A stretch of 64,000 bases of DNA from a virus. Made by a program: the position numbers and the translations under genes. Under the pieces are notes generated by a model, which did no database searches, was not told the DNA's origin, and worked only from the letters and a program-made list of their open reading frames with translations. This document shows positions 28,651-39,358 of this stretch, piece by piece; position 1 is the first letter of the stretch; each line of letters opens with the position of its first letter. The stretch is from positions 1 to 64,000 of IMG/VR virus record IMGVR_UViG_3300024264_000013; one strand, 5' to 3'.

Positions 28651-31600
28651 ATGGCAGAATTTAGAATTGATAGAATTAGATTTAACTGGAAAGGTGTTTG
28701 GGCCGGCGCAACACCATATAGAAAAGATGATGTTATAAGTTACGGTGGTAAAGTATTTGTTGCTTTAACTGGACATACTTCAAGCGCAGACTTTAATACA
28801 GATTTAGACTTTCTTGTAGCAGGTGAATCTACTCCTAAATGGGAGCAAATGGGAGACGGACGTCAGTGGAAGGGCGAGTGGCAACCAGAAGAATTCTACA
28901 AAGTAAATGATGTAGTCAAATACAGAGGTATACTTTATAACTGTATTGATAGCCATACTAGTGCATCTACAATTACATTAGGTCTTGAAAATGATGAAGC
29001 CAAATGGGGACCTTTTGCAAAAGGTAATAACTATCTTGCAACATGGACTGCTACTACAGTATATAAAAAGAATGATTTAATAAAATACGGCGGCACTATG
29101 TATGTATGTGTAGTTGATCACACAAGTAACACTGTGCCTAATGGATTAGAAAACGACCAAGAAAAATGGGCAACTTATACTAGAAGTGATAATTGGTTAA
29201 ATGTTTGGTTAGAAAATACTAGATATAAACCAGATGATATTGTTCGTTATGGCGGCAATGTATATAGATGTGTTGTAGGTCACACAAGTAATGATAATAT
29301 TAGAGAAGGAATAGGATCTGATTTAGGTGATGATAGTACTGCGGCAAAATGGGAATTGGTACTAGAAGGAATTGAATACAAAGGCGATTGGGATGGAGAA
29401 CAATGGTATAAAACTAATGACATTGTAAGATACGGTCCAAATCTATATATTGCAAAACGAGGAATGAGTGGTACAGATAATTTTGATGATGATAATGACT
29501 GGGATGTTTGGCTACCAGGATTAGGATTTGAAGAAGTTTGGAGCCCTAATGAAGTTTATCAGCCAGGTGATTTAGTTCAATATGGTGGCTATACTTACAC
29601 AGCATTAACAATTAATATTGGTTCTAATCCTAGTGCATTTGGTCTAGAGCAAGACGCCTCTGGCGCAGACTGGGAAGTTCTAGTTCGAGGCTATGAAATG
29701 AAAGGTGAATGGAGTATAGATAATCCATATAAACCAGGAAGTGTTGTAAGAAAAGGTGGTTACTTGTATGAAGCACTTGTAAATGTTCTTCCAGTTGAAT
29801 TAATTGAACCAGGAGATCCTGATACTGATACATCAGCAAGTTGGAAGTTAATTAAAACTGGTATTGCTTGGAAAGGCGAATGGAAAGAAAGTGGAACTAA
29901 TGAGTTAGGTGATAGTACATCTAGAATATATTATCCAGGCGAAGTTGTAATGGACGAAAGCGAAACATATATTTGTAAAACACAACATTACAGTGATCTA
30001 CTTGAAGCAAGGCCGAGAATTGATGCTGAAACTACTGCTGGTAATGATTACTATTGGACAAAATATGCAGGTAATAATGAAACTAGTGCTGAAAATAACG
30101 TACTACGTTATAGAGGTGATATTAGAACTTATTCAACTAAAGACGATGGTAGTACAGCAGGTACATCAAGACTAGCAATTGGTCCATCAGGCGAACTTTT
30201 AAAAGTTGATGAAGATACTACTCTTAAATATGATAAATTATTTGAAATTAATAAAGTATGGTACGTAAGTCCTTACGGAGAAGATCTTCCAACTAATGGA
30301 TTAAATCCAGCAAAACCATTTAAAACTATAAAATATGCTTGTCAAATTTTACAAGGCAATTTAGCAGAAAGAGTTCCTGCTACAATATTTGTAGCAACAG
30401 GAGTTTATAAAGAATTACTTCCTATTGTTGTTCCTAGAGATACAGCAGTAGTTGGAGACGAATTAAGATCAACAGTTATTATGCCAGCAGATGGTTATGA
30501 ACTAGACGATATGTTTTATATGCATAACGGCAGTGGATTAAGAAACTGTACACTACAGGGATTAACAGGTACACTAGGCGCACCTAACGATAATTTAACA
30601 AGAAGACCAACAGCAGGTGCTTATGTTTCGTTAGATCCTGCAAACGGAGATGTTGCGGCAACATATGCACACATTACAACTAAATCTCCATATGTACAAA
30701 ACGTAACTACATTCGGAACAGGATGTATTGGAATGAAGGTTGACGGAGATTTACATAATGATGGAAACAAATCTATTGTTGCTAATGACTTTACACAGAT
30801 TCTAAGTGATGGTATTGGGTATTGGGCTAATGGCGATGGTAAATCAGAACTTGTGTCAGTGTTTACATATTACTGTCATATTGGTTATCTAGCAACAGAT
30901 GGTGGTAAAGTCAGAGCACTAAATGGTAACAACTCATATGGTGATTACGGATCAGTTGCAGAAGGCTTTGATGTTGACGAAGTACCAATTTCTGGATCAG
31001 TTAATAACAGAAGTCTACCAGCACAAATTGCTCAAACATATACTGATAATGACAAAGTTTTTGGAGTTGCATACACACATGCAGGTGAACAATATACAAA
31101 TGCACAAATGACAATTGGTGGTAACGGTCAAGGTGCTGTAGCAACTTTTAATGAATTTAGAAACGGCGCAGTAAAACAAATATTTGTTACAGAAGAAGAT
31201 TCAAACTTTATTGGTGGTAGTAACTATCTGTTTAAAGCAAATAAAGCACAAATTGGAACTACAACTTCATTGACCCTTAGTGGAGCAGAAGATGCAGACG
31301 CAGACGATTATGTTGGACAACGATTGTTTATATACGCAGGTAAAGGTGCAGGACAATACGCTAAAATTAGTTCCTACCAACCATTAAACAAAGTTGCACA
31401 AGTTGTAAAAGAACTTAACGGAGAACCAGGTTGGGAGCATGTAACAGGAGCACCAATACAATCAAGTTTAAATGATACTAGTCGTTATTATATTGAACCG
31501 AGAGCAGAAATAGCAGAGCCAAACTACCAAGTCGAAAGCGTAGGATTAGGAAGTAGTTCAGCGTGGCGTGATATCCAAAGAGGTACGTATAGTTCTAGTG

Positions 31601-33543
31601 ATATATGGATAACTGCACACGATGACGGTATAGCAGTAAGTACAGACGGAAACGGATTTTCTTTTACTGGAAGATCAGCCAAAGGTGGCTATGTTGCAAT
31701 AGCAAATGGAAACTTATGTACAATGAATCCAAGTACAGCAGTTGGCACTGGGTCATTTAGTAACGATGGCGGCCAAACTTGGGCTGATACAACACTGGGT
31801 ACTGGAGATATCGGTACTATAACAGCACTAGCAGGTCAAGACAACGGCGGTGCAGTAATAGGTACACTAACAGGAGCATCTGCAACAACAACCTTACTTA
31901 GATCAACAGATAGTGGTAATAGTTGGGGAACAACTACGTTGCCTACAAGTGAAAACTGGAGCACCTGTGCATACGGTGATGGAGTTTTTGTAGCGTTAGC
32001 AGGTAATGTTACTACTGCAAGTAATCAAGCAGTATATTCAACAGACAACGGTAATAGTTGGACAGCAACGACTCTTCCAGCATCAAGTGCATGGTCAAGT
32101 GTAACCTGGGGCAAGGATAGATTTGTAGCAACTACAGCAAAAACTGATAGTAGTGTAGCAGAAACAGCAGTAAGTCATGATGGTATAACTTGGGTTGCAG
32201 GAAGTATGGAACCAGGTGAATGGACTGGCATAGGCTATGCACAAGGAACATTTTGTGCTGTGAAAAGTGATACAGGATCCGAATCAGATGTTATTGCATT
32301 TAGTAGAGATGGATATCATTGGAGAGCAAAATTATTACCAGCAGGATTTGAAACTAGGGCAGGTGTTGCAGGCGCAAGTACAGAAAGTAAATGGGTTGTT
32401 GTAACAAGTGGCCAAGGTGATGCTAATAAAATTACATATGGTACACAAGCATTAGGTCGTGCTGTTGTAAGCAGTGGACGTATTGGTTCGTTTACATTAC
32501 ACGAGCCGGGTGCAGGTTATACAACTGACCCTGTTGTGACAGTGCATGATAATACAAACACATTAGATGTTACAACTAGAGCAGAAACAGCAAACGGTGT
32601 ATTACCACAACCGACTATGACTAATAAAGGAGTTGGATACTTTAGATCAACTGCTGAAGTCACTGCAGGTGACGGATATGCTGAAATACTACAAATTGCA
32701 GATACTTTAATTATAGAAAATGTAAGTAAACTTCCTGGACCGGGCGATAATATTAGTATTGACGGTATTGATGGTGTAACATATTTTGTTGTTAAAATAC
32801 TTACAAGTTCAGGAGTACTTGGAGCATATAATTTAAAACTACAAATTAGTCCAAACTTAGGTAGACAAGAAGCACCAGTACATGGTGAAAATATTGTTAT
32901 TAGACAACAGTACAGTCAAATTAGATTAACAGGACATGATTTCCTAGATATTGGTACAGGTAACTTTTCAAGCACAGCATATCCTGGACTATATGTATTT
33001 GGATACAATCCAGATGAAAACGCAGAACCAAAACAGTTCCAAGAAGTTAGTCAATTCAACGGCGGGCGTGTATTCTACACAAGTACTGACCAAGATGGTA
33101 ACTTTAGAGTTGGCGAACTATTTGAAGTTGAACAGGCAACAGGTACAATTAGTATTAATGCTAGTTTCTTTGAATTAGATGGACTAGAAGAACTTAGACT
33201 TGGTGGTGTTGTACTTGGTGGTACAGGTGCTGTGATTAGAGAATTTAGTACAGATCCAACGTTTGCGGCCAATAGTAACAATATTGTACCAACACAAAGA
33301 GCAATCGGCAAATATGTACAATCAAGAGTATCATCAGGTGGTTCAGATCTTAAAGTGAACAGATTAAATGCTGGTGATATTAGTTTTGAAGGTAATAGAA
33401 TCTTTAAAGTATTAGGTGGAGGCATTGATATTAATGTTGCCGCTAATATTACAGGCAACGTATCGGGTGATATGGCGGCACAAGCATACTTCCAGTCTGG
33501 AGCATCAGTTCCTGAAGGCGGACCAGGATTTGGCGATGATTAA
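28651..33543 (+). CDS. Large fibre/baseplate protein (1630 aa): CBM5/12-like repeats, beta-helix, Asp-box propeller
   Basis: W.G.W....Y...DVV.YGG..Y.C...H.S repeats; S.D.G.TW Asp-boxes at ~31520-32450; paralogue of 33582. Confidence 0.75.
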   Translation: MAEFRIDRIRFNWKGVWAGATPYRKDDVISYGGKVFVALTGHTSSADFNTDLDFLVAGESTPKWEQMGDGRQWKGEWQPEEFYKVNDVVKYRGILYNCIDSHTSASTITLGLENDEAKWGPFAKGNNYLATWTATTVYKKNDLIKYGGTMYVCVVDHTSNTVPNGLENDQEKWATYTRSDNWLNVWLENTRYKPDDIVRYGGNVYRCVVGHTSNDNIREGIGSDLGDDSTAAKWELVLEGIEYKGDWDGEQWYKTNDIVRYGPNLYIAKRGMSGTDNFDDDNDWDVWLPGLGFEEVWSPNEVYQPGDLVQYGGYTYTALTINIGSNPSAFGLEQDASGADWEVLVRGYEMKGEWSIDNPYKPGSVVRKGGYLYEALVNVLPVELIEPGDPDTDTSASWKLIKTGIAWKGEWKESGTNELGDSTSRIYYPGEVVMDESETYICKTQHYSDLLEARPRIDAETTAGNDYYWTKYAGNNETSAENNVLRYRGDIRTYSTKDDGSTAGTSRLAIGPSGELLKVDEDTTLKYDKLFEINKVWYVSPYGEDLPTNGLNPAKPFKTIKYACQILQGNLAERVPATIFVATGVYKELLPIVVPRDTAVVGDELRSTVIMPADGYELDDMFYMHNGSGLRNCTLQGLTGTLGAPNDNLTRRPTAGAYVSLDPANGDVAATYAHITTKSPYVQNVTTFGTGCIGMKVDGDLHNDGNKSIVANDFTQILSDGIGYWANGDGKSELVSVFTYYCHIGYLATDGGKVRALNGNNSYGDYGSVAEGFDVDEVPISGSVNNRSLPAQIAQTYTDNDKVFGVAYTHAGEQYTNAQMTIGGNGQGAVATFNEFRNGAVKQIFVTEEDSNFIGGSNYLFKANKAQIGTTTSLTLSGAEDADADDYVGQRLFIYAGKGAGQYAKISSYQPLNKVAQVVKELNGEPGWEHVTGAPIQSSLNDTSRYYIEPRAEIAEPNYQVESVGLGSSSAWRDIQRGTYSSSDIWITAHDDGIAVSTDGNGFSFTGRSAKGGYVAIANGNLCTMNPSTAVGTGSFSNDGGQTWADTTLGTGDIGTITALAGQDNGGAVIGTLTGASATTTLLRSTDSGNSWGTTTLPTSENWSTCAYGDGVFVALAGNVTTASNQAVYSTDNGNSWTATTLPASSAWSSVTWGKDRFVATTAKTDSSVAETAVSHDGITWVAGSMEPGEWTGIGYAQGTFCAVKSDTGSESDVIAFSRDGYHWRAKLLPAGFETRAGVAGASTESKWVVVTSGQGDANKITYGTQALGRAVVSSGRIGSFTLHEPGAGYTTDPVVTVHDNTNTLDVTTRAETANGVLPQPTMTNKGVGYFRSTAEVTAGDGYAEILQIADTLIIENVSKLPGPGDNISIDGIDGVTYFVVKILTSSGVLGAYNLKLQISPNLGRQEAPVHGENIVIRQQYSQIRLTGHDFLDIGTGNFSSTAYPGLYVFGYNPDENAEPKQFQEVSQFNGGRVFYTSTDQDGNFRVGELFEVEQATGTISINASFFELDGLEELRLGGVVLGGTGAVIREFSTDPTFAANSNNIVPTQRAIGKYVQSRVSSGGSDLKVNRLNAGDISFEGNRIFKVLGGGIDINVAANITGNVSGDMAAQAYFQSGASVPEGGPGFGDD

Positions 33544-33581
33544 AGATAATGATAAATATAAAGTATACGGTGGAGTAACCA

Positions 33582-36500
33582 ATGGCAGAATTTAAACTAG
33601 GTAGAATCAGATTTATTTGGAAAGACGAATGGTCTGAAGCAACCACTTACTACAAAGACGATGTAGTGCGTTACGGTGGTAAGACATTTATGTGTGTAGT
33701 AGGACACATTTCGCAAACTGACTTTATGTTGGATCTAAACGATTCTACAGCAAAGTGGCAACAATTTGCAGATGGTCAGACTTGGAGAGGCGATTGGGCA
33801 ACAGGCACTGTTTACAAAATTAACGATATTGTAAAATATGGTGGACAACTTTATATTGCAAACACAGGACATATTTCAGACGCTAGTGCCATTGGCGGAT
33901 TGGAAAGTAATCTAGGTGATGATAGTACTGCGGCATATTGGGATTTATTTGGTGAAGGATTTGATTACAAAGGTGACTGGGCTATTAATACAAGATACAA
34001 ACTTAATGATATTGTAAAATATGGATCAAGAGTTTATATTTGTACAGGGTATCATGTTAGTGCGCCAAACACAACCTCAGGTTTAGAACTAAATCAATCT
34101 AAGTGGGATATTATTAGTAACGGTTTTGATTGGAAAACAGACTGGGCTATAGGAGTTCGTTATAGAATTGGAGATTTAGTTAAGTATGGTGGACAAGTTT
34201 ATTCTTGTAATACTGGACATACTTCAGCGGCAACGACTGTTCTTGGTCTTGAAGCCGATCAAGCAAAATGGGATTACTTCCATAAAGGTATTGAATACTT
34301 AGGTGAATGGGCAAGTGCTTATAGATATAAAATTAACGATGTTGTAAAAGATTCAGGCGGACTTTGGATTTGTACAACGTATCATACATCAAGTGTTGCA
34401 GTAGACTTAAGATCAGACGAAGCAAACTGGGCACAGTTTATTCCAGGATTAGAATTTGAAGATAGTTGGGGACCATACTCACCATACCAACCAGGTGACA
34501 TTGTTACTTATGGTGGTTATACTTATGTTGCAAAAACAAATAACTCAGAGAAAAAACCAAGCGAAGCACCAAACGATTGGGACGTATTTGCAACTGGCTT
34601 TAACTTAAGAGGCGACTACGGTGATGACTCTGCAAGTCAAGATTACTTAACAGGTGATGTTGTTAGAGTTGGTGGTTATACTTACCTTGCTATTACAAAT
34701 TCAAATGGTGTTCGTCCACCAAACACAACATATTGGGAAAAGTTAAACGAAGGTGCTAACTGGAGAAACACTTGGACTGACGCAACATATTATGACTTAG
34801 GTGATACAGTTCAACAAGGTGTTAACAGTTACATTGCAGTACAATCACATACATCAAGTAATTCAGTAAATGATCCAGCAACTGATACAGCAGGAGCATT
34901 TTGGAACTTCTTTAGTGGTGGTGCTGAATCTGGAAACTTAACAACTACAGGTGATATTGTTTATTACGGTGGTTCAGGACCTGCAAGATTACCAGTTGGT
35001 AAACCGGGTCAAGTATTAAAAGTTAATGATGCGGCAACTGCTCCTGAATGGACATACTTTGGTCAAATTAACCATGTATGGTATGTTGATACAGGCGCTG
35101 GTGTAGATGCTCCGGCTCCAGATAGAGGTATTACATTAGATAGACCATTTAAAAGTGTACGTTATGCTACAGAACAAATTAGAGACGGTGGTGTGAATCA
35201 GCCAGATCGTATTTTAATTGAAGCAAATAGATCATTCTTACAAGCAGAAGTTACAGAATGGATTGATTATCAAATTGCAAATGCAATTTCGCCATTCACA
35301 GGTTCATTCTCATATGATAAGGCAAAATGTTTAAGAGACACAGGACAAATTATTGATGCAGTTGCTTGGGATTTATCACACGGTGGTAATGTTAGATCAA
35401 GATTAGCGGCGCTGTCATATTTCCAACCAGGCGGTGCAAGTTACATTTCAGGACAAACAGGTGAAACTGTTGCGGCAATTAATTACTTAAAAAGTATTAT
35501 GCCAAACATCCTTGCAAAAACAGATCCAGCGGCAAATTATCAAACACTAAACAGTGTTGGTACACCAATTACACAACAAAAATTAACAGCATATGGTGAA
35601 ACAGAAGGAGCAATCACAACTATTAATGGATTGATTCCAATTATTACAGATGCAATTACAGCAGGAGTTATAACAGGTATTCCAGCAGAACTACATGCAC
35701 AAAAAACAATATTTGTAAAAACTGGAGAATATCAAGAAGTACTTCCAATTATTATTCCGGAAGATACAGCAGTTGTTGGTGACGAATTGCGTTCAACAAG
35801 AATTTCGCCTGCACCAAGTTTAACTGATGCGGCTGATGTTGCAAAAAGTATTGCGGCACTAACAAGAGTAAGTGCAGTAGTAAGTAACATTATACAAAAC
35901 GTAGCAATTACAAAATCTACAGGCAATACTGATACACAAGTAACTACAAGACCAGCAGGTAGTGCTAGTGCAGGTACAGCAACAGAAAACTTATTTAGAG
36001 AAATTTACGACTACATTGATTGGGGAATTAATGGTGCTTCGGGAGATAGTACAGAGCCTACAAACAGAGGAGTAAACGATCCAGAAACATCAACAGGTTA
36101 CACATACGCAGTAGAAACATTAGAAGCAAATAGAGATTTTATTATTGCAGAAGTACACGCTTATATTGCATTAACTTATCCAAGTTATACATATACACTA
36201 GCGGCTTGTGCAAGAGATATGAATGCATATATTGATGCTGTCAAACATGATTTAATTTACTCAGGTAATTATAGATCATTATTAGCGGCAAAATATTATG
36301 TACACTCAGTAGAAGGTTGTTTATTAAAAGACATGTTCTATGCACGTAATGGTACAGGTGTAAGAAACTGTACTCTTACAGGATTAACAGGAACACTAAG
36401 TGGTGCAAATGCATACGGAACTAAACGTCCAACATCAGGTGCTTACGTTTCACTAGATCCAGGTTGGGGACCAGCACATAAAGATGCTTGGATCACTAAT

Positions 36501-38657
36501 AAATCACCTTATGTACAAAACGTAACTACATTTGGTACAGCATGTATCGGATTAAAAGTTGACGGTGACTTACATGACGGTGGTAACGATTCAATTGTTG
36601 CTAACGACTTTACACAAATTTTAAGTGACGGTATTGGTTACTGGGTTACAAACTTAGGTAGATCAGAACTTGTATCAGTGTTTACATACTACAACCACAT
36701 TGGTTACCTTGCAGAAAACGGTGGTAAGATTCGTGCTACAAACGGCAACAACTCTTACGGTGATTTTGGATCAGTTGCAGAAGGCATTGACTCTACAGAA
36801 ACTCCAGTATTAGGTGAAGTTGATAACCAACAACTAGAAGCACAAATTGCAAATGTTGTTACAGATGGTGCAAATGAAATACTACAATTAGAATACGGAA
36901 ATGCAGGTACAGGATATACTACAGAAGCAACAAGTGCAATCCTTACAGTTGACACAATTATTAACAATGACCCAGACAGAACTACTGGTACATACAAAGG
37001 TATTACAGGTTCAACTTCAGGAAGTGGAACTGGACAAGAATTTGACATTCAAGTAACAGCAGTTGGCGGTGTTGAAGTTACAGTAATCAAAGGTGGTACT
37101 GGACATGCTCCAAATGATGTTATTACAATTAGTGATTCATTAGTTGGTGGTGGCGGAGCCGCAGATGTAACATTCCAAATTGATACAATTGGCGCGGCAA
37201 CAAGATATTCACTACAAGGTGAAGGATTTGGAGCGGCAGTTGATACAGTAACAGTTACAAACGGTGCAGTATTTGAAGTACAGTTAGAAGAAGATTCAAC
37301 TGTTTATGGTGGTGATGGCTTTGTTACTATTGCCTCAAATGCACAGTCTGGTAATGCTACACAAATTACACTAGCGGCAACAGATGTTAATCCAACTGGT
37401 ACATATAATGGTATGATGATTTATATTGTAAGTGGACTAGGTGCAGGACAATTTGGTGTTATTGGATCATATGATGCGTCAACAAAAATTGCAACTATTA
37501 CAAAAGAATCAAATGGTAGTGCAGGATTTGAACATATTAAAGGCTCTGCAATAGCAAGTACACTTGATGCTACATCATCATATGACATTACTCCAAGAGT
37601 GATATTCAGTGCACCAGCAAGTGGTACACGAGCAAGAGGTAGATGTAGAGTAGCAGACGAAAAAGTTGTTGAAGTTAAAATTATTACTCCAGGTAGCGGG
37701 TATACTAGTCCGCCATCAATGACATTAATTGATCCAAGTCATACTATTGAAGTTCCACATACAGTAAGAATTGGTAACGGAGTACTAGGACAACCAACAT
37801 ACTCAAATAGAGGTACAGGGTTTATTACAGCAAGTGCTGAAGTTGTTGGTGATGGTCTTGCAGATATTAGACAACTTGGTACAAAAATTAGAGTTGATGG
37901 ACTTGATAGCATTCCACAAAAAGGTGCTAACGTTGAATTTGCAAGTTTGCCGAATAGATGGTTTAAACTTGTAAGTATTACTAACTTATTAGGTATTGGT
38001 CCATATAGTGCATTACTACAGATTAGTCCTGCATTAGAAGCAGACGAAAGACCACCTCATACAGATGCAATTACAATTAGACGTAGATATTCACAAGTAC
38101 GTTTAACAGGACACGATTTCCTAGATATTGGTACAGGTAACTTTAGTAATACAAACTACCCAGGTGAACCATTAACAGCACCAGAGCCACTATACGAAAC
38201 AAATGATTTTGGTGGAGGAAGAGTGTTCTACACAAGTACTGACCAAGATGGTAACTTTAGAGTTGGTGGATTGTTTAACGTTGAACAGGCAACAGGTATT
38301 GCTACACTAAACGTTGAAGCATTTAATATCTCAGGATTAAACGAACTACAACTTGGTAGTGTTGCACTTGGTGGTGCAGGAGCAGTTATCACAGAATTTA
38401 GTACAGATGGTACATTTAGTGCTGATAGTGATAATGTTGTTCCAACACAAAAAGCAATTAAAACGTATATTACATCACAAATTGGTGGTGGTGTTGCTAC
38501 ACTAAACGTTAACAGTGTAACAGCAGGTACAGTTGAGATTACGCAAAATCAAATATCAACTACCGACGGCGGTAAGATAAATATACTTAACGCAGTAAAC
38601 TTTAAAGGTGGAATAGACGGTGCTCCTGTAGCATTAAGTATGTTCCTAAATAATTAA
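33582..38657 (+). CDS. Large fibre/baseplate protein (1691 aa): CBM5/12-like repeats, beta-helix, helical CxRD inserts
   Basis: MAEFKLGRIRF.WK..W start; same repeats and C-terminal GHDFLDIGTG/VFYTSTDQDGNFRVG blocks as 28651; late promoter at 33551. Confidence 0.75.
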   Translation: MAEFKLGRIRFIWKDEWSEATTYYKDDVVRYGGKTFMCVVGHISQTDFMLDLNDSTAKWQQFADGQTWRGDWATGTVYKINDIVKYGGQLYIANTGHISDASAIGGLESNLGDDSTAAYWDLFGEGFDYKGDWAINTRYKLNDIVKYGSRVYICTGYHVSAPNTTSGLELNQSKWDIISNGFDWKTDWAIGVRYRIGDLVKYGGQVYSCNTGHTSAATTVLGLEADQAKWDYFHKGIEYLGEWASAYRYKINDVVKDSGGLWICTTYHTSSVAVDLRSDEANWAQFIPGLEFEDSWGPYSPYQPGDIVTYGGYTYVAKTNNSEKKPSEAPNDWDVFATGFNLRGDYGDDSASQDYLTGDVVRVGGYTYLAITNSNGVRPPNTTYWEKLNEGANWRNTWTDATYYDLGDTVQQGVNSYIAVQSHTSSNSVNDPATDTAGAFWNFFSGGAESGNLTTTGDIVYYGGSGPARLPVGKPGQVLKVNDAATAPEWTYFGQINHVWYVDTGAGVDAPAPDRGITLDRPFKSVRYATEQIRDGGVNQPDRILIEANRSFLQAEVTEWIDYQIANAISPFTGSFSYDKAKCLRDTGQIIDAVAWDLSHGGNVRSRLAALSYFQPGGASYISGQTGETVAAINYLKSIMPNILAKTDPAANYQTLNSVGTPITQQKLTAYGETEGAITTINGLIPIITDAITAGVITGIPAELHAQKTIFVKTGEYQEVLPIIIPEDTAVVGDELRSTRISPAPSLTDAADVAKSIAALTRVSAVVSNIIQNVAITKSTGNTDTQVTTRPAGSASAGTATENLFREIYDYIDWGINGASGDSTEPTNRGVNDPETSTGYTYAVETLEANRDFIIAEVHAYIALTYPSYTYTLAACARDMNAYIDAVKHDLIYSGNYRSLLAAKYYVHSVEGCLLKDMFYARNGTGVRNCTLTGLTGTLSGANAYGTKRPTSGAYVSLDPGWGPAHKDAWITNKSPYVQNVTTFGTACIGLKVDGDLHDGGNDSIVANDFTQILSDGIGYWVTNLGRSELVSVFTYYNHIGYLAENGGKIRATNGNNSYGDFGSVAEGIDSTETPVLGEVDNQQLEAQIANVVTDGANEILQLEYGNAGTGYTTEATSAILTVDTIINNDPDRTTGTYKGITGSTSGSGTGQEFDIQVTAVGGVEVTVIKGGTGHAPNDVITISDSLVGGGGAADVTFQIDTIGAATRYSLQGEGFGAAVDTVTVTNGAVFEVQLEEDSTVYGGDGFVTIASNAQSGNATQITLAATDVNPTGTYNGMMIYIVSGLGAGQFGVIGSYDASTKIATITKESNGSAGFEHIKGSAIASTLDATSSYDITPRVIFSAPASGTRARGRCRVADEKVVEVKIITPGSGYTSPPSMTLIDPSHTIEVPHTVRIGNGVLGQPTYSNRGTGFITASAEVVGDGLADIRQLGTKIRVDGLDSIPQKGANVEFASLPNRWFKLVSITNLLGIGPYSALLQISPALEADERPPHTDAITIRRRYSQVRLTGHDFLDIGTGNFSNTNYPGEPLTAPEPLYETNDFGGGRVFYTSTDQDGNFRVGGLFNVEQATGIATLNVEAFNISGLNELQLGSVALGGAGAVITEFSTDGTFSADSDNVVPTQKAIKTYITSQIGGGVATLNVNSVTAGTVEITQNQISTTDGGKINILNAVNFKGGIDGAPVALSMFLNN

Positions 38658-38669
38658 CGGAGAAACAAA

Positions 38670-38990
38670 ATGGCAACAGGAAGAATAGGCGCATCAGATT
38701 TGAGTGTGGGAGCAAATACTACAGTATATGAATGCCCTACAGATAACTATGCGGTTGTAAGTTTAAATATTTGCAACAGAGGAAACCAAGCAACGTCAAT
38801 TAGAATTGCTGTTGCTGATCTGGCTACACCAACAGTAGGCGAGTACATTGAATATGAAGTAGAAGTACTATCAAAAGGTGTATTAGAAAGAACTGGAATA
38901 GTTTTAGCCGCAGGGCAAAAAATTGTATGTTACGCCTCAGGTGCTAACATTTCAGCAGTCGCTATGGGCATTGAAACGTCTACGGCATAA
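38670..38990 (+). CDS. Small fibre adaptor-like protein (family member 3 of 3)
   Basis: TTVY.CP......SLNICNR...LERTGIVL.AGQKI. Confidence 0.6.
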   Translation: MATGRIGASDLSVGANTTVYECPTDNYAVVSLNICNRGNQATSIRIAVADLATPTVGEYIEYEVEVLSKGVLERTGIVLAAGQKIVCYASGANISAVAMGIETSTA

Positions 38991-39013
38991 ATACATAGGA
39001 GAAGGATAAAACC

Positions 39014-39346
39014 ATGGGAAGATATATAACAACTACAGGTACTGCTGGTGTTACTAGTCGAGAAATTAGTACAACTTTTAGTGCCACGGTAAACGATAGA
39101 ATATTAGCAAATACTGCTAGTAGTGCTTACACTGTTACTTTACCGACGAATGCTTCATTGTTAGTAAATGATACAATACAAATTATTGATATTTCAAACA
39201 ATGCGGCAAGTAATAATCTTACTGTTGGTAGAAACGGTAGTTTAATTAACGGTTCAGCAGAAAACTTAGTCATTGACGTAAGTGGTGCGATCGTTACATT
39301 AATTTACACAGGGTCTACTTACGGTTGGGTCGTTGGCTCGGTATAA
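39014..39346 (+). CDS. T4 gp9/gp10-like small baseplate/fibre domain protein
   Basis: TVTLP.....D.I.IID....A..N.LTVGRNG..I.G....L.ID..G..V.L.Y.....GW. Confidence 0.55.
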   Translation: MGRYITTTGTAGVTSREISTTFSATVNDRILANTASSAYTVTLPTNASLLVNDTIQIIDISNNAASNNLTVGRNGSLINGSAENLVIDVSGAIVTLIYTGSTYGWVVGSV

Positions 39347-39358
39347 TAGGGGAAACAG

